Part shown: positions 1-11,628 of the stretch, one piece after another
How positions within the stretch are numbered: the first letter of the stretch is position 1
Layout: the number at the start of each line of letters is the position of its first letter
Source: Marsupella aquatica
Lineage: Eukaryota > Plantae > Marchantiophyta
Length of the DNA: 64,000 nucleotides
Assembly: GCA_973895155.1 (NCBI GenBank)
Contig: OZ316893.1
Coordinates: 10,173,660 to 10,237,659 of the forward strand
Direction: 5' to 3'
The notes under the pieces: generated by a model
Databases searched by the model: none
What the model was told of the DNA's origin: nothing
What the model saw: only the letters and a program-made list of their open reading frames with translations
Position numbers and translations under genes: made by a program

Positions 1-36
1 CTCACTTGGCTTCTAGTCACTTGCATCCTTTTTCAG

Positions 37-3000
37 ATGTACATTCCTCCAGCATTAGGAGCTCCAGCCTTACCACTCCACAGTGCTGCTGCATGGCATC
101 CAGACCAGGTGCACTTACCTCTGTCCAACACTCACCACTTCAGTCCAAGTATTGGGGGGGAGGAGGTCCCTTGTAATGCGGCTGACATTATTTCTGAGTT
201 TCATGGTGTGGACCACTTCGGATCAGCAGGTACAACAGGCCTTGGAGAGGCCTCATCACCTTATCAGCAACATGCTAGCAGCTTGGACAGTGGAGAGGCT
301 GGCACTTCTGGCTCTTCAAGTATGAGTACATCAGGTCCTATTCCTAGTGTTGCCAACTACACATTTATCATGGGCAACCACCTGAGTAAAAGACAGAAGG
401 ACCAGCTGCTGAATTTGCTCCTCAAGCATGAGAATGTGTTTGCTTTCTCTATGAAGGACTTGGGTAAGTGCAAGACCATGTAGTTCTCCATTGAGTTGGC
501 TGATGAAACACCTATCTTCAGGCGGAGACATCGTTTGAGTAAGCATGAGTGGCAGCTGGTGGATGAGAGGTGCCAAGAGTTATATGAAGCTGGTCTTATT
601 CAGCCATCTACATCAGATTTTGCAGCAACTACAGTGATGCCAGCAAAGAAGGATTCCAGTGGATTGTGGACAGAGAAGCGCATGTGTGGGGACTACAGGC
701 CACTGAACTTGGTCACACCCCAGGACAGGTACCCCATGCCACGGCCAGAGGAGCTATTTGACAGCATTGGAGACTCAGACATCTTCACTCTTGTGGATCT
801 AAGGCAAGGCTTTAACCAGATTTTGCTGCTTGCAAAGGATCGCAAGAAAACAGCTTTCCATGGTAGTAACCAACTATGGGGGTGGTTGGTGATGCCATTT
901 GGTTTGAAGAATGCGCCCATATTCTTTCAAAGAGTCATGGACCAGGTTCTTCAAGGTGCTGAGTTTCTGAAATGCTACATTGATGATGTGTTGGTCCACA
1001 GCAAAGGATTTGACCAACATCTACTTGACCTTGAGGAGCTATTCATGAGGCTTAAGAAGGTGAACCTGAAGATACACCCCAAGAAGTGTGAATTCGCTGT
1101 CAGATCAGTAGTATACCTTGGGCACCGCATTCTTCCAAATGGAACCATGGCTCATTGGGCCAAAGTGGTATCCATCCTGGAAATGCCCACTCCTACTGAT
1201 GTTCACACTCTTAGGAGCTTTATTGGGTTGTGCAATTACTACCGGATCTACATCAAAGATTTCAGTACCATTGCACATCCATTGTACTCTTTGTTGAAAA
1301 AGAATGTGACTTGGACATGGAGTACAGATGCTGAGGCAGCATTTGTCACTTTGAAGGAGAAGCTCTCAGAATACCCGGTGCTGAGAAGACCTGATTTCAG
1401 CAAGGTCTTTGTGCTACACACAGATTGGAGTGCCCTTGGGATTGGTGCCATTCTGGACCAGCATGATGAGGAAGGTAAAGAGTACGTCATTGCCTATGCA
1501 TCCAGGAGCAACAATCAGGCAGAGAGTCATTATTCTTCTTATGAGGGTGAATGCCTTGCTGTTGTGTGGGTTGTCATACATTACAGGCCCTACCTCTATG
1601 GGACCAGGTTTGTTCTCTACACCAACCACCAGCCCTTGAAGTGGTTGATGACCAACGACAAGCTTACTGGCAAGCTTGCTCGTTGGGCGCTCATACTCCA
1701 GGAGTATGATTTTGAGGTAATTCATAGGCCTGGTGTGACACATCAAAATGCTGACACTATGTCCCGTAGCCCTTTGATTGCCTCTGATGATTCCTCAGAT
1801 GCACGGCAGGATTTTGACCAGGTTTCCATCCTGCCTACATTTCATGCATCGACCTATCTTGCTTTGCTGCCATGCTATGTTGTTGACCAACCTGTGGTGG
1901 ACATATGGGAGGACAGCGACACTCTGAGATTTCTGCAGCATGGGGAGTACCCCACACATATTACTGCTGCCCAGAGAGACCGAATTCAGCAAAGGTCCAA
2001 GCGCTACTTGTGGAAGGGAGATCATCTCGTGCGCTGCTTGCCAGACAGGGAAGTGGTGGTTCCACCCATTCATGAGAGGGTTGGCCTTATCCGTAAGGTA
2101 CATTCTGAGCTTGGTCATTTTGGCGTTAAGAGGACTTACAGCCTCTTGGTCCCTCATTATCATTGGAGAGGCATGCATGGCCAGGTTCGAGATGTTATTG
2201 CCCGGTGTGAACAGTGTGATAGGGTGAGGACTTCTTTCACATCTCGGCAACCCACACTTCATCCACTCCCCATTCAGGGCATGTTTTATCGCTGGTCATG
2301 TGATTTGGCTGGAGAATTACCCCTCACGTCTCGGGGTAATCTCTACATCATGATCATGATAGAGCATTTCTCCAAGTGGATAGAACTTGTGGCATTGCTG
2401 GATAAGACCTCTCGTAGCACCAGCCAGGCATTCCTGCAACAAGTTCTCAGTCGTTTTGGAGCTTGTGCAGAATGTCTCACTGACCAGGGCTCAGAGTTTA
2501 GAGGAGAGTTCCAGGAGCTGCTTGATCAGGCCCTCATTGATCATCGTCGGACATCACGAGATCACCCACAGGCAGATGGCTTGGCAGAACGCATGGTTCA
2601 GACATGCAAGAAGGGTCTTCGGAAGATCTGCCTCACCAAAAACAAGGAGGATTGGGACCTGGCCTTACCGTACATTGCCATGGGGTATAGGATGTCCAGA
2701 CATGCATCACTGTCTAACTTTTCTCCCTACTTCTTGTTGTTTGGTCGTCACCCAGTTCCACCTTCTGCTATTGCTGCTCACATGCTTCAAGTGGTGGACT
2801 TGGATTCAGCTGTGACTTGGTATGATGTGATCTCTGAGAGGGCTGCCCTATTCAGGAGGGTTATGCCCATGGCCATGGAGAATTTGGCCATTGCACAACA
2901 CAGGGACACACTGCGTTATGCACACACACGAGGGGGCACTTTTCAGCCCAAGGTCAGGAAGTTTGATGTGGGAGATTTTGTGTACTTGCAGCGGCAAGCT

Positions 3001-3348
3001 AACGACACCCTGGACACCTCTACCAGCCGTACTATTCTCAGGGTTAAAGCTATTCGACCGTCTGGAGTGCTAGAGTTACAAGGGGCAGATGGGCGCACAA
3101 TTGCTGACAATGCCAAGAATTGCGCCCCTTGTCATCTGCCTAACCTAGATCCCACCATTGTGACTTCTACTTGGATTCCACCTGTGGACTACCCTTGCAA
3201 GGTGTGTTTGCGAATTGATGATGCTGACCAGATGCTGCTGTGTGACAATTGCAATGGAGGGTACCATCTTTTCTGCCTTCAGCCTGAACTTACCCAGGTG
3301 CCAGAAGGGTTATGGTTTTGCCCTTCTTGTGCTCCACGTGCTACCTGA
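37..3348 (+). pseudogene. Gypsy pol polyprotein (RT, RNase H, integrase, C-terminal PHD finger) with one in-frame stop
   Basis: ORFs 37-483 and 496-3348 share a frame and are separated by TAG at 481-483. RT: RMCGDYRPLN, DLRQGFNQI, MPFGLKNAP, YIDDVL. RNase H: LHTDWS...YEGECLAV...TNHQ (usual TDH is N here). Integrase: H-x4-H...C-x2-C, CDLAG, TDQGSEF, GLAER. PHD: C-x2-C...C-x2-C-x4-H-x2-C...WFC-x2-C. Confidence 0.93.
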
Positions 3349-3387
3349 ATTTTCTTCAGCCCTCCTTTTGGCTGTGGTCTGGGGGGG

Positions 3388-4093
3388 ATACAGAGGTTTA
3401 CACCTCCACTACGTACATACCACTTCATTTGCTTTTTCTTGGCACTTGTGAATGTGATTGGACTTTTTCTATGCATGTTGGTTGCTAGCAGCTTGCACAT
3501 ATGCCTTGCCAGTGACTTGTATGTTTTCGATACACTATGGCTACGATACTATATGTCCTGACAGCTGTCATGCCGAGGGACAGTGCCTCTTATGCACATC
3601 GGCATGTCCCTTGCCTGCCCGCTAGGTATGTAGTTAGGGCTAGTGTACTACCTGAGTTAGCGACATGTTCTTGTAGCAAGTCTGGGCCGTTCTTGAAGCA
3701 AATGTGCTTGTTAGTGTGACGCCAGGACTTTGCTTGCTTAGGGCATGTCTTTCTTTGTGGGTTTTCAATTCTTCTTGAATCGCTGTTGACAGAGCTCAGA
3801 CAGTGCTTGTCGGTTCCGTACACGGGATTCACACAGTGATTCGTTAGATGCTCCCGGCCGATCTTGGCATCCTGCCGGTTTTCGATTCGATTTCAGTACA
3901 ATTGTTTCTCTTACACCTTTTATATACAGAGGTTTACACCTCCACTACGTACATACCACTTCATTTGCTTTTTCTTGGCACTTGTGAATGTGATTGGACT
4001 TTTTCTATCCATGTTGGTTGCTAGCAGCTTGCACATATGCCTTGCCGGTGACTTGTATGTTTTCGATACACTATGGCTACGATACTATATGTC
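3388..4093 (+). repeat. ~170-bp direct repeat (3388-3557 and 3924-4093) in the LTR-like region
   Basis: ATACAGAGGTTTACACC...GATACTATATGTC occurs twice, near-identical, 536 bp apart. Confidence 0.95.
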
Positions 4094-4629
4094 ACGACAT
4101 CCTTTCATAAGTTTGAGATTGTGTACTTGTAGTGTGGATTGTTTTATGGGCTTGCTTTGGGTTTGGTAGGTATAATATGGGTTGTCTGAACTTACCGTTA
4201 CCCGTGCCTTTACCAGTTTTATTTTGCACTAATTCAAACTTGACAAGCTTTAGGGGGCTACATGATCTGTTATGAGAGTCCCCTAAACCCAATGATTGTT
4301 TGAATTCAAACAATCAGGCATAACTAAAGGACACACCCTGAGCCCAAGTCAACAAAGCTTAAGTCAGCAAAATGACAAAGTCATTGGAAGTCAATAAAAT
4401 AACCATGCAGTCATGTGCTGCGCATGCAGCCTGGTGTTGTTGCGCATGCAGCCTGATGTACAAGCCTGTGATATATGGCCAACTATCATTAATTAATTAA
4501 AAGAGCTACCAACTGTCCAAGTATAGTTGCCTAGTTTTCTTGTCACACGAGCCTCAATGCTCATTCTTTGAATGTTAATGAAGTTATGACAAAAACATGG
4601 TTTTTTGACATCACTAGCTAGATTACCTG

Positions 4630-4701
4630 TTCCTTGAATATAAGAAAATGAAACTTGGATGGACTTTCCTTGAATATAAAAAAATGAAACTTGGATGGAC
4701 T
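4630..4701. repeat. 36-bp tandem duplication containing AAACTTGGATGGACT
   Basis: TTCCTTGAATATAA(G/A)AAAATGAAACTTGGATGGACT twice; the core motif recurs near 31460 and 56430. Confidence 0.8.
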
Positions 4702-4844
4702 GAGTGACTGAACATGGAGTCCTTGGTGGATTGTGCCCTGCCTGACAGTCATAGCAAGTCAGGCATGAAGTCTAACCGGGTCGTTAATGTCATTTTGGAT
4801 GTACTGAAGTCTTACTGGTCTTTAATGTCATTTTGGAAGTAGTT

Positions 4845-7398
4845 TTCACTACATCAGTAGAAAAATACATACTTTTTACAGAAAAGGGCCAAATAGAGTA
4901 CAAAAGAATAAACAAGAGAGGTCCCAAGTGGACAAAACCAAACGCAAAAGAAGTGAGCAAAAGGAAACCCCTAAAAACCAAGAAAGAGGAACTAAAACTA
5001 AAACTACCGCAAATGGACCGAGGTCCCCATCATTCCTAGCAAATGTGGCAAAAACTAATGGTCTAGATCAAGTGTCGAAACTAAATCGGCAAGTGGGATT
5101 GGAATGTCCTCTAGGGGGGCTAGCCGCTGCAGAGTCACGCTAGCACCCACTGTCAAAGACCGACGATAGATGGCCCAAGCTTGAGCACGCTGTAAGGTGA
5201 CTGAAATGCGTTGGTGAAAGTGCGTGGTCAAAATAGATAGCGGAGGTCCGGTGGGACCCATCCATCCGTGAACATCCCGAGCAGCTTGGCAAAGAAGCCC
5301 GTCGAACTGATGATGGAGACGCCCAAATATCTCAAGAGCAAGGGGCAGGAAGCTATCAAATGAAGCTCGTGCAGCAGATTTGGCCTCCTTCGTTTTTGCT
5401 GCTCGTGATGCTGCTGCCCCTGCCGTTGTTGTCGCTGTCCCAATGATGTCTTGGCGCAATGGCCGGGTTTGCCACCACTACATCTGCCAAAGTACGCTAA
5501 CCCTCACGGACCATGGTAAGATCCACCCGTAACCGCTGTGAGGGAGGACCAGGTAACTTGAGCACCACCTCCCGCTGTGTGTAGACCAAAGAGCCAGAAA
5601 GAACCTAAGCAGTGGCATCTCTCACAGCGTCGTGAACAAAAATGGTTTCGCCGCCCAAAGTGCACCGAAGAAGATGGATACCTATGGCATCACAAGGCTT
5701 CCCACAAGTGCAAGTAGGAGGTAAACCAGCAAGAAGTGGGTGGGGCAAGCCCATACGAAGACGCATGGCTGTCGCAAACTCCATTGAAGACATCCGTAGG
5801 TGAGGAATGACTGGATTGGCCTGAAGCCAGCCTCCTACGCCCTTCCCTCCGGAAGAAAGAATCCAAGCTTGGTCCGTGTCAGGTGCCTCGGTGAGGATGC
5901 TGGAGAGGGTGAAAGCGTGCATACGCCCAGCAAGGTCTGCCTGAAGATGGACGGGGTCCAAGGATAAAAACTCCTGAAATGAAGGTAACTCAGCTCGAAC
6001 AGGATCTGGTAATGATGATCGTGCCGCGCGCAAATGAACCTGAAATGGGAGGGAACCCTCCTCTACCTCCATGAGAGACGAAAGTAAAAAAGGTCGATCC
6101 TCAGTAAGGAAACGATCTGCCAACAATGAGAAGGCGGCTGCCCATGCTCCCAAAAAGGCCAAAGGTGCAAGGCGCTCAGTGGAAGTAAGCCCAAAACCAC
6201 CGTGAGAAATAGGAAGACTGAGCTGTCGATGAAGCCACGGAGATGAGAGCAAAGTACCTGGCCCCAAAAGAGAGGCCAAAGTCTCACGAATGGAGACATC
6301 AAACGCACGGAGATGTAGATACAGATCCTCGATAGGGAGATGTGTCCGAGCCAAATAGGACGCGTGAGGGTGGATGCATCTCAACAACAACCGAAATGCT
6401 GCCTGAGAATCTCCTAACTTAGGGAGCATAGGAGTAGGGGCTAAGGCAGCCTGTAGAGCGTCAGCAATGAAAGATGAGCAAAAGGAGGCGGTACCGACTG
6501 GGGAGCCAAGGACCCGAAGACCGTCGGCTGGACGTAAGAACCCAGGGGGAAGCGCAAGATCATAGGGTAACCCAGCTGGACTCCATGCACGACTCTTCAC
6601 CGGCTGAACCCGTAAACTGAGGCCCAACAAATGGATGGAAAGGGTGGCGAGGGCAGAAGTAACCGCAGCAGGTGGACCAATGATGTGGGTGTCATCTGAA
6701 AGGGAGGGGAAGATACACTGGGGGTGGGCCGCGGAGGCTTCCCGTAAAGCAGTAAAATGGGCAATGGCAAAAAGAGGCCCACCCAAAGGGTCACCCTGAC
6801 ATGTACCTTCTGCAAAAAAAAGAGTGGTATACACTCCTGTAGAGGTGTGATGACTATAGAAGAGGGGGGCCTCGAGGCCATAAAAACAAAGGACAAAGGG
6901 GATAAGGGACTGGATGTCTGGATCCACCGCCCTCAAAGCACAAAAAATTGTTGCCCGAGAAACCGTATTGAAAGCATTAGAGACATCAACCTGGAAGACA
7001 ACCCAATCAGGGTGGAGGTCCAAAGTAGTACGAATACCCGCAATAACTGTCTCACAACCGCCAGGAACGCCCACTGCAGACTGATGTGGAGAGAGATGAT
7101 CCGATAGTGCAGAGCGATACTGCGATGAAAGTGTGCGAGACACCAGACGAAGAAAAACCTCTCCAATAGCTATGGGCCGAACACCCGGTGAAGACTTAGC
7201 CATGGCCAATAAACGAGAAGCACTCAAAAGCCGAGAGACGGGAGGAGGCAAACGGCCGGCTGCAATACACTGGCAAAAGGAGAAAAAAACTGGAAAACCA
7301 GACTGAGGATCCTCAGGGTGGAATAAATCAATCCTTCCAGAAGCCATGCTGGAGGAATTAGGGACATAAAGAAATTGAAGCCTGATCAAGAAGTGCAC
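4845..7398 (-). mobile_element. 5'-truncated CRE-like non-LTR retrotransposon (RT + zinc knuckle + restriction-like endonuclease), decayed
   Basis: RT: RPIAIGEVFLRLVSR, VDVSNAFNTVSR, GTCQGDPLGGPLF, FPSLSDDTHIIG. Then CTCGKPCDAIGIHLLRC and HDAVRD. Reading through two TAG stops gives RLRVDL...LADVVV; after a frameshift KTKEAK...FLPLALEIFGRL...RISVTLQRAQAWAI (RLE signature). Element boundaries approximate. Confidence 0.85.
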
Positions 7399-7977
7399 AT
7401 GGCTACTTTACGTAGATAATTTTTTCGGCTGGAATGGACAGAAATAGCCTGTAGCAGGTGTCCACCCGGTCACTTGCAGGTCATGTTTGAGTGAGAACAT
7501 TAAACAGTATTACCAGAGTTAAATTTGACCAAAACATTGAGGTCCTCCGGGTTGCATAAATTTATGGTAGCATTCTGACAAACCTGAAGGTCCTTATGGG
7601 CTTCATCGTCTGAACGTAAACAGATGTGAACAAAACAAATATTGCACAATAAAATTTCTATGCTATTTCCCTAGGTCTTTGTCTCATCCTTGTTGCCTCA
7701 TCCTTGTTTTTTTCCATCCCCATTTCAGTTTTGTATTTATTTAAACTGAATGTCACTTTTGTCCATCCTCATTTAAAATTCTTTATTGAGCCTCATTATG
7801 AGGTTTGTCTGTATTGGGGGAGTTATAGTCTAGAGTCTTCACTCTAGACCTATGCCCTAAGAGTAGGCTTTAGTTTGCGTTTTTATAGTCTTCTGCCCAT
7901 TGCAAGTCTTTCCAGCCCTTTCTTGATTGGGTGTTTGCCGGTGGGATCATGTCTCCCCATTGGGCAATTGTTTTGGC

Positions 7978-7978
<1 letters not shown>

Positions 7979-8028
<50 letters not shown>
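7979..8028. repeat. (TA)n microsatellite
   Basis: pure AT dinucleotide run. Confidence 0.97.
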
Positions 8029-8029
<1 letters not shown>

Positions 8030-9995
8030 CTATCCTCCATTCAACTCACATAAAATTTGGTGGGGTCCTAGCGTCCCAGTCTAGAGGCTGCACTTAGAAG
8101 CCTAGACCCCACCTTTAGCTTCTCTTTGCGTTCAAAAGTAAGATTTCACTCTCCAGTTAACTGAGCAACAATGAGGGTTTTGCTGAGGTCCATGTGGGTT
8201 GTGCAAGTCTATCCAGGCACTTCTGCAAACCCCAGGGTCCATGTGAGCATCTCTTTCTCGAAGAGGACTAACACACCAAAGCAAAGAAAAGAAAAAAAGT
8301 GGAAGGGAAAACATAGTAGGAGGTAAAAATTACAAGAATAATATTCTAAACTGCCAGTGATAATTAAAACCTATAATGCAAGGTCCCTCCTATTTTGATT
8401 CAGGGCTACAACCTACAAGTCCCTAGAAAGTCATTTATGACTCTCTGCACCCGCTGTCCGCCCGTTGCTGCCCAAATTCCTCTGCAACTAAAAGAAGTTA
8501 AGTATTGCAAATGCTCTCACACTTCCAAGCTGCAGGAGCTCTGGCATACTGGTAGCTCATGGTGGGGCGGCACAAGTGCGGGGTTCAAATTCTTCCAAAG
8601 GCGCATCACTTTTTACACAGTTAAAAATGTTGATTTTTTTATATGTGGATTTTTGGACGTTCGGGCAGTGGAAGTAGGGCGGGCAGGCAGAAGACGTCGA
8701 GGGGGCAGCATACATCAGAAAGCCATTACAGGGACTCCTCTCCCTAAATTATTTTTGCAGTGGTCCTTTTGCACTTTTGGCGTGCCAAATAATATTTGGA
8801 ATTAAGGGTCCAACCAAAAGCAAGGAGGAAACAAAAAAACCTGGAAAAAGGGAAAAGGATACAGAGACGCAGAGAAGATGGGGGGGGGGGGGGGGGGGCG
8901 GTGCAGGGTAGCGTCCTCCTGAATCTCCCACCTGTCAGGCTACTTTGCACCAATCCTGTTTATGACATTTGCCACAAACTGAAAATGATCTCATATTTTA
9001 GAGCCAAGTTTAGTAGGTCAATCTTCCACATTTTCTTTTTGAAGGCCAACTATGCCCGAGTGCCTGCCTTTGATCTCTTTTACGTAACAAATTCTTTTAC
9101 ATAACAATGTTTTTTCTTTCATGACATTTTTACACATCCATATCTTTTATGCAACATTTTTGATACTATGAAATCCTAAACATGCACAACAATCTCTTTT
9201 GTGGAACGATCGCTTTTATATGCAAAGGCATCTTTTACACAAGTATCTTTTTTGCCAACAATAATTGTTATCTAACAACGTCTTTTCCACCAAGACATTA
9301 ATGATATCTTTTCCCCCAACGACTTCTTTTACGCAATGAAACCTTTCACACACGGGTGATAAGCTAGTATATAGAGGAGAGAATGTGCAACATGCGGCAG
9401 GGAACATTAGTGTCATATCTACTATGGCCAAATGGAGGTGACTCGACTCTTCTGGGGTCAGTTCAGAGTGACTCTCAATTGAACTAGTCCCCATTCAAAG
9501 AGGGATTGAAACTCTCAGAAAGGGAGTGCCTTGCTAGAAATCACTCGCAATTCTGATCTAGCAGAATGAGACAGCTTCAAGAATGATAGCTTGGAGTTCA
9601 CAACTCTACCTCAACGCGGCTCAACCAGAATGTTTCATGAATAGAAGTGGATATTAGTGCAAGTTAAGGTTACTCATTTTTGGTGGAGTTTCATGACTCA
9701 ATGTGTGTCTCAGTGAGCATTTAAGGTTACTTGCTTTTTTCCACGCTAACAACAACTAGCCTGACTACCCATTTTTTGAACGTGAATAGAGGCGAGGATA
9801 AAAATCTGTCAACCCTCAATGACAGCAGCTGACTAAAGGTTTTTCAAGTAATTGAAAAAGAGCTGGCCGTTTCACCATAGCCCTCGACCCCCATGACAGC
9901 AGTTCACCTCTCCACAGGCCCCCTCCCTTATCAATTGACTCTCTTCACATACAGCCCCTAGTCCAAAGACTCTCTTCACAGGCGACCCTATTTTC

Positions 9996-10340
9996 TGTTA
10001 GGATTTACTCTTAGGTCTAGAGTTACGAATGTACCGTAGTTAAGACTAACCTTAGTCGCAGACTTGGTTAGGTTAGTCATGCTGTGCACACTCTATAACC
10101 AAGCGGTGTTTGCTTGGAGAGGGGGAACTCAGGCTCATTGTTACGGAGTTAGTTGAGAGATAGGGAGAGCTTGTGCTGTGGATGCTTGGTATGGTCGGTC
10201 GGCCTAGAGTGCAGTAAAGCTCTTGTGTGTTCCCGTGGACGTAGCCTCATGTGGAGGTGAACCACGTATCTCTCTGTGTCGACTATTGTGCGTTGGATGG
10301 TTCATGGGCTTGCCGTTGCGATCATCGTCTATGCTCAACA
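9996..10340 (+). mobile_element. Solo LTR (345 bp), probably Ty1/Copia
   Basis: TGTTAG...CTCAACA termini with TTTTC 5-bp TSD (9991-9995 and 10341-10345); homologous to the LTR at 63565-63907. Confidence 0.9.
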
Positions 10341-10604
10341 TTTTCAACTGCGGTGCACTATGGCTGGGACTACTCCACCCCCATTGCTCACCACCACCCC
10401 TAATTTGACTATTGCCCCCTAAGTCCTTGAACATAAACAGCCACCAAGATAATAAAGAATCCTGCAATAAAATTATTACATACTATTCTGGTTCATTTTT
10501 CTCCCATCTTTATTTTTTGTTCACTCTACTTTTTGGTTTTGTCTTTATTAAGATTTGTCTTTATTGAGAGTTACTGTAAGTCTAGAGGCTTCACTCTATA
10601 GAGG

Positions 10605-10948
10605 AGTCCTCAAAAGTAGCTTTGCATCGAACTTTATTACGCAATATTACTCAAAAGTGGCTTTGCATTGAGCCACACATTAGTCCTCAAAAGGAGCTTT
10701 GCACTGAGCTTTATTATACCTAGTGCTCAAAAGTTTCAGTTTTATTACACGTAGCATACTACTCAAATATGACACGTAGCACTCCAGCTTTATTATACCT
10801 AGTCCTCAAAAGTATTCAGTTATTACACCGTAGTATAGTACTCAAATATGACACGTAGCACTCAAAAGTGGCTTTGCATTGACCTTTATTGGACAGCAGT
10901 CCTCAATTCGTCAAAAGTCAAAAGTGGCTTTGCATTCAACTTTATTAG
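10605..10948. repeat. Degenerate ~40-bp minisatellite
   Basis: repeated AGTCCTCAAAAGTGGCTTTGCATTGAACTTTATTAC-like units. Confidence 0.8.
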
Positions 10949-11349
10949 TACGATGATTACTTTTCATTTCACCCCCCTTGGTTAACACAAATACTTCTGT
11001 AACGCATAAATGTACGAAATTAGACTCTGATCCCGATTTTCGCTCGACGTCTTCTCATCATTACTGCAGCACGCGCTGCGGAGGTGCAACTGTGACCGCA
11101 CCCAGCAGATACAGAATTGGATTGGCCCTGGGCCTCGAATTCCTCTGGAGAACGATCTCCATTTCTGACCGATTCCCGACAGATTTTTGACTCCTTCAGA
11201 GGGGGTGAGAGAGTCCAGAGTCCAGACAGACTACTGCCATGCTTATATCCATGTACGTCGTTTGTTTGGGAGGCTGCCTGTCCGCCAGCCCGATTCAGCG
11301 CATTCCTCCTCTAAGATATGTAGATGGAGACGTACCCAAGAGCAGAAGC

Positions 11350-11551
11350 GAAGCTCAATGCTTCAATTTCCTCCAGCTCTGAATCTCTCGAGATTGCATT
11401 CTACTCATTAAGTCTCTAGAGCAGATCCACAGAGAGAGAGGCAGAGAAGCTCAATGCTTCAATTTCATCCAGCTCTTAATTTCTCGAGATTGCATTCTTC
11501 TCATTAAGTCTCTAGAGCACATCCACAGCGAGAGAGGCAGAGAAGCTCAAT
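11350..11551 (+). repeat. 96-bp tandem duplication upstream of the UGT-A start
   Basis: GAAGCTCAAT at 11350, 11446 and 11542 with near-identical spacers; single copy in paralog B. Confidence 0.9.
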
Positions 11552-11628
11552 ATTTCTATTTGACCCAGCTCATCGGTCGAACTGCATTCTAATTCGTACG
11601 ACATACGGACTTGAGAGAGAGAGGACGA

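Larger units (their letters stand above)
1..4094 (+). mobile_element. Ty3/Gypsy LTR retrotransposon, 3' part (5' end lies outside the window)
   Basis: RT-RNaseH-integrase domain order; G7A polypurine run at 3381-3388 shortly after the pol stop, followed by a repeat-containing LTR-like region. Confidence 0.9.

Noticed and set aside
481-483. TAG between the two Gypsy ORFs as programmed readthrough
   Set aside because: It lies just before RT rather than at a gag-pol junction, and the copy has other lesions (RNase H D>N); a point mutation is simpler.
8395-8805. 136-aa Cys-containing ORF
   Set aside because: TTG start and no confident motif; at most a LINE remnant.
8880-8898. Poly-G run as an LTR polypurine tract
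   Set aside because: No LTR or retroelement ORF adjacent.
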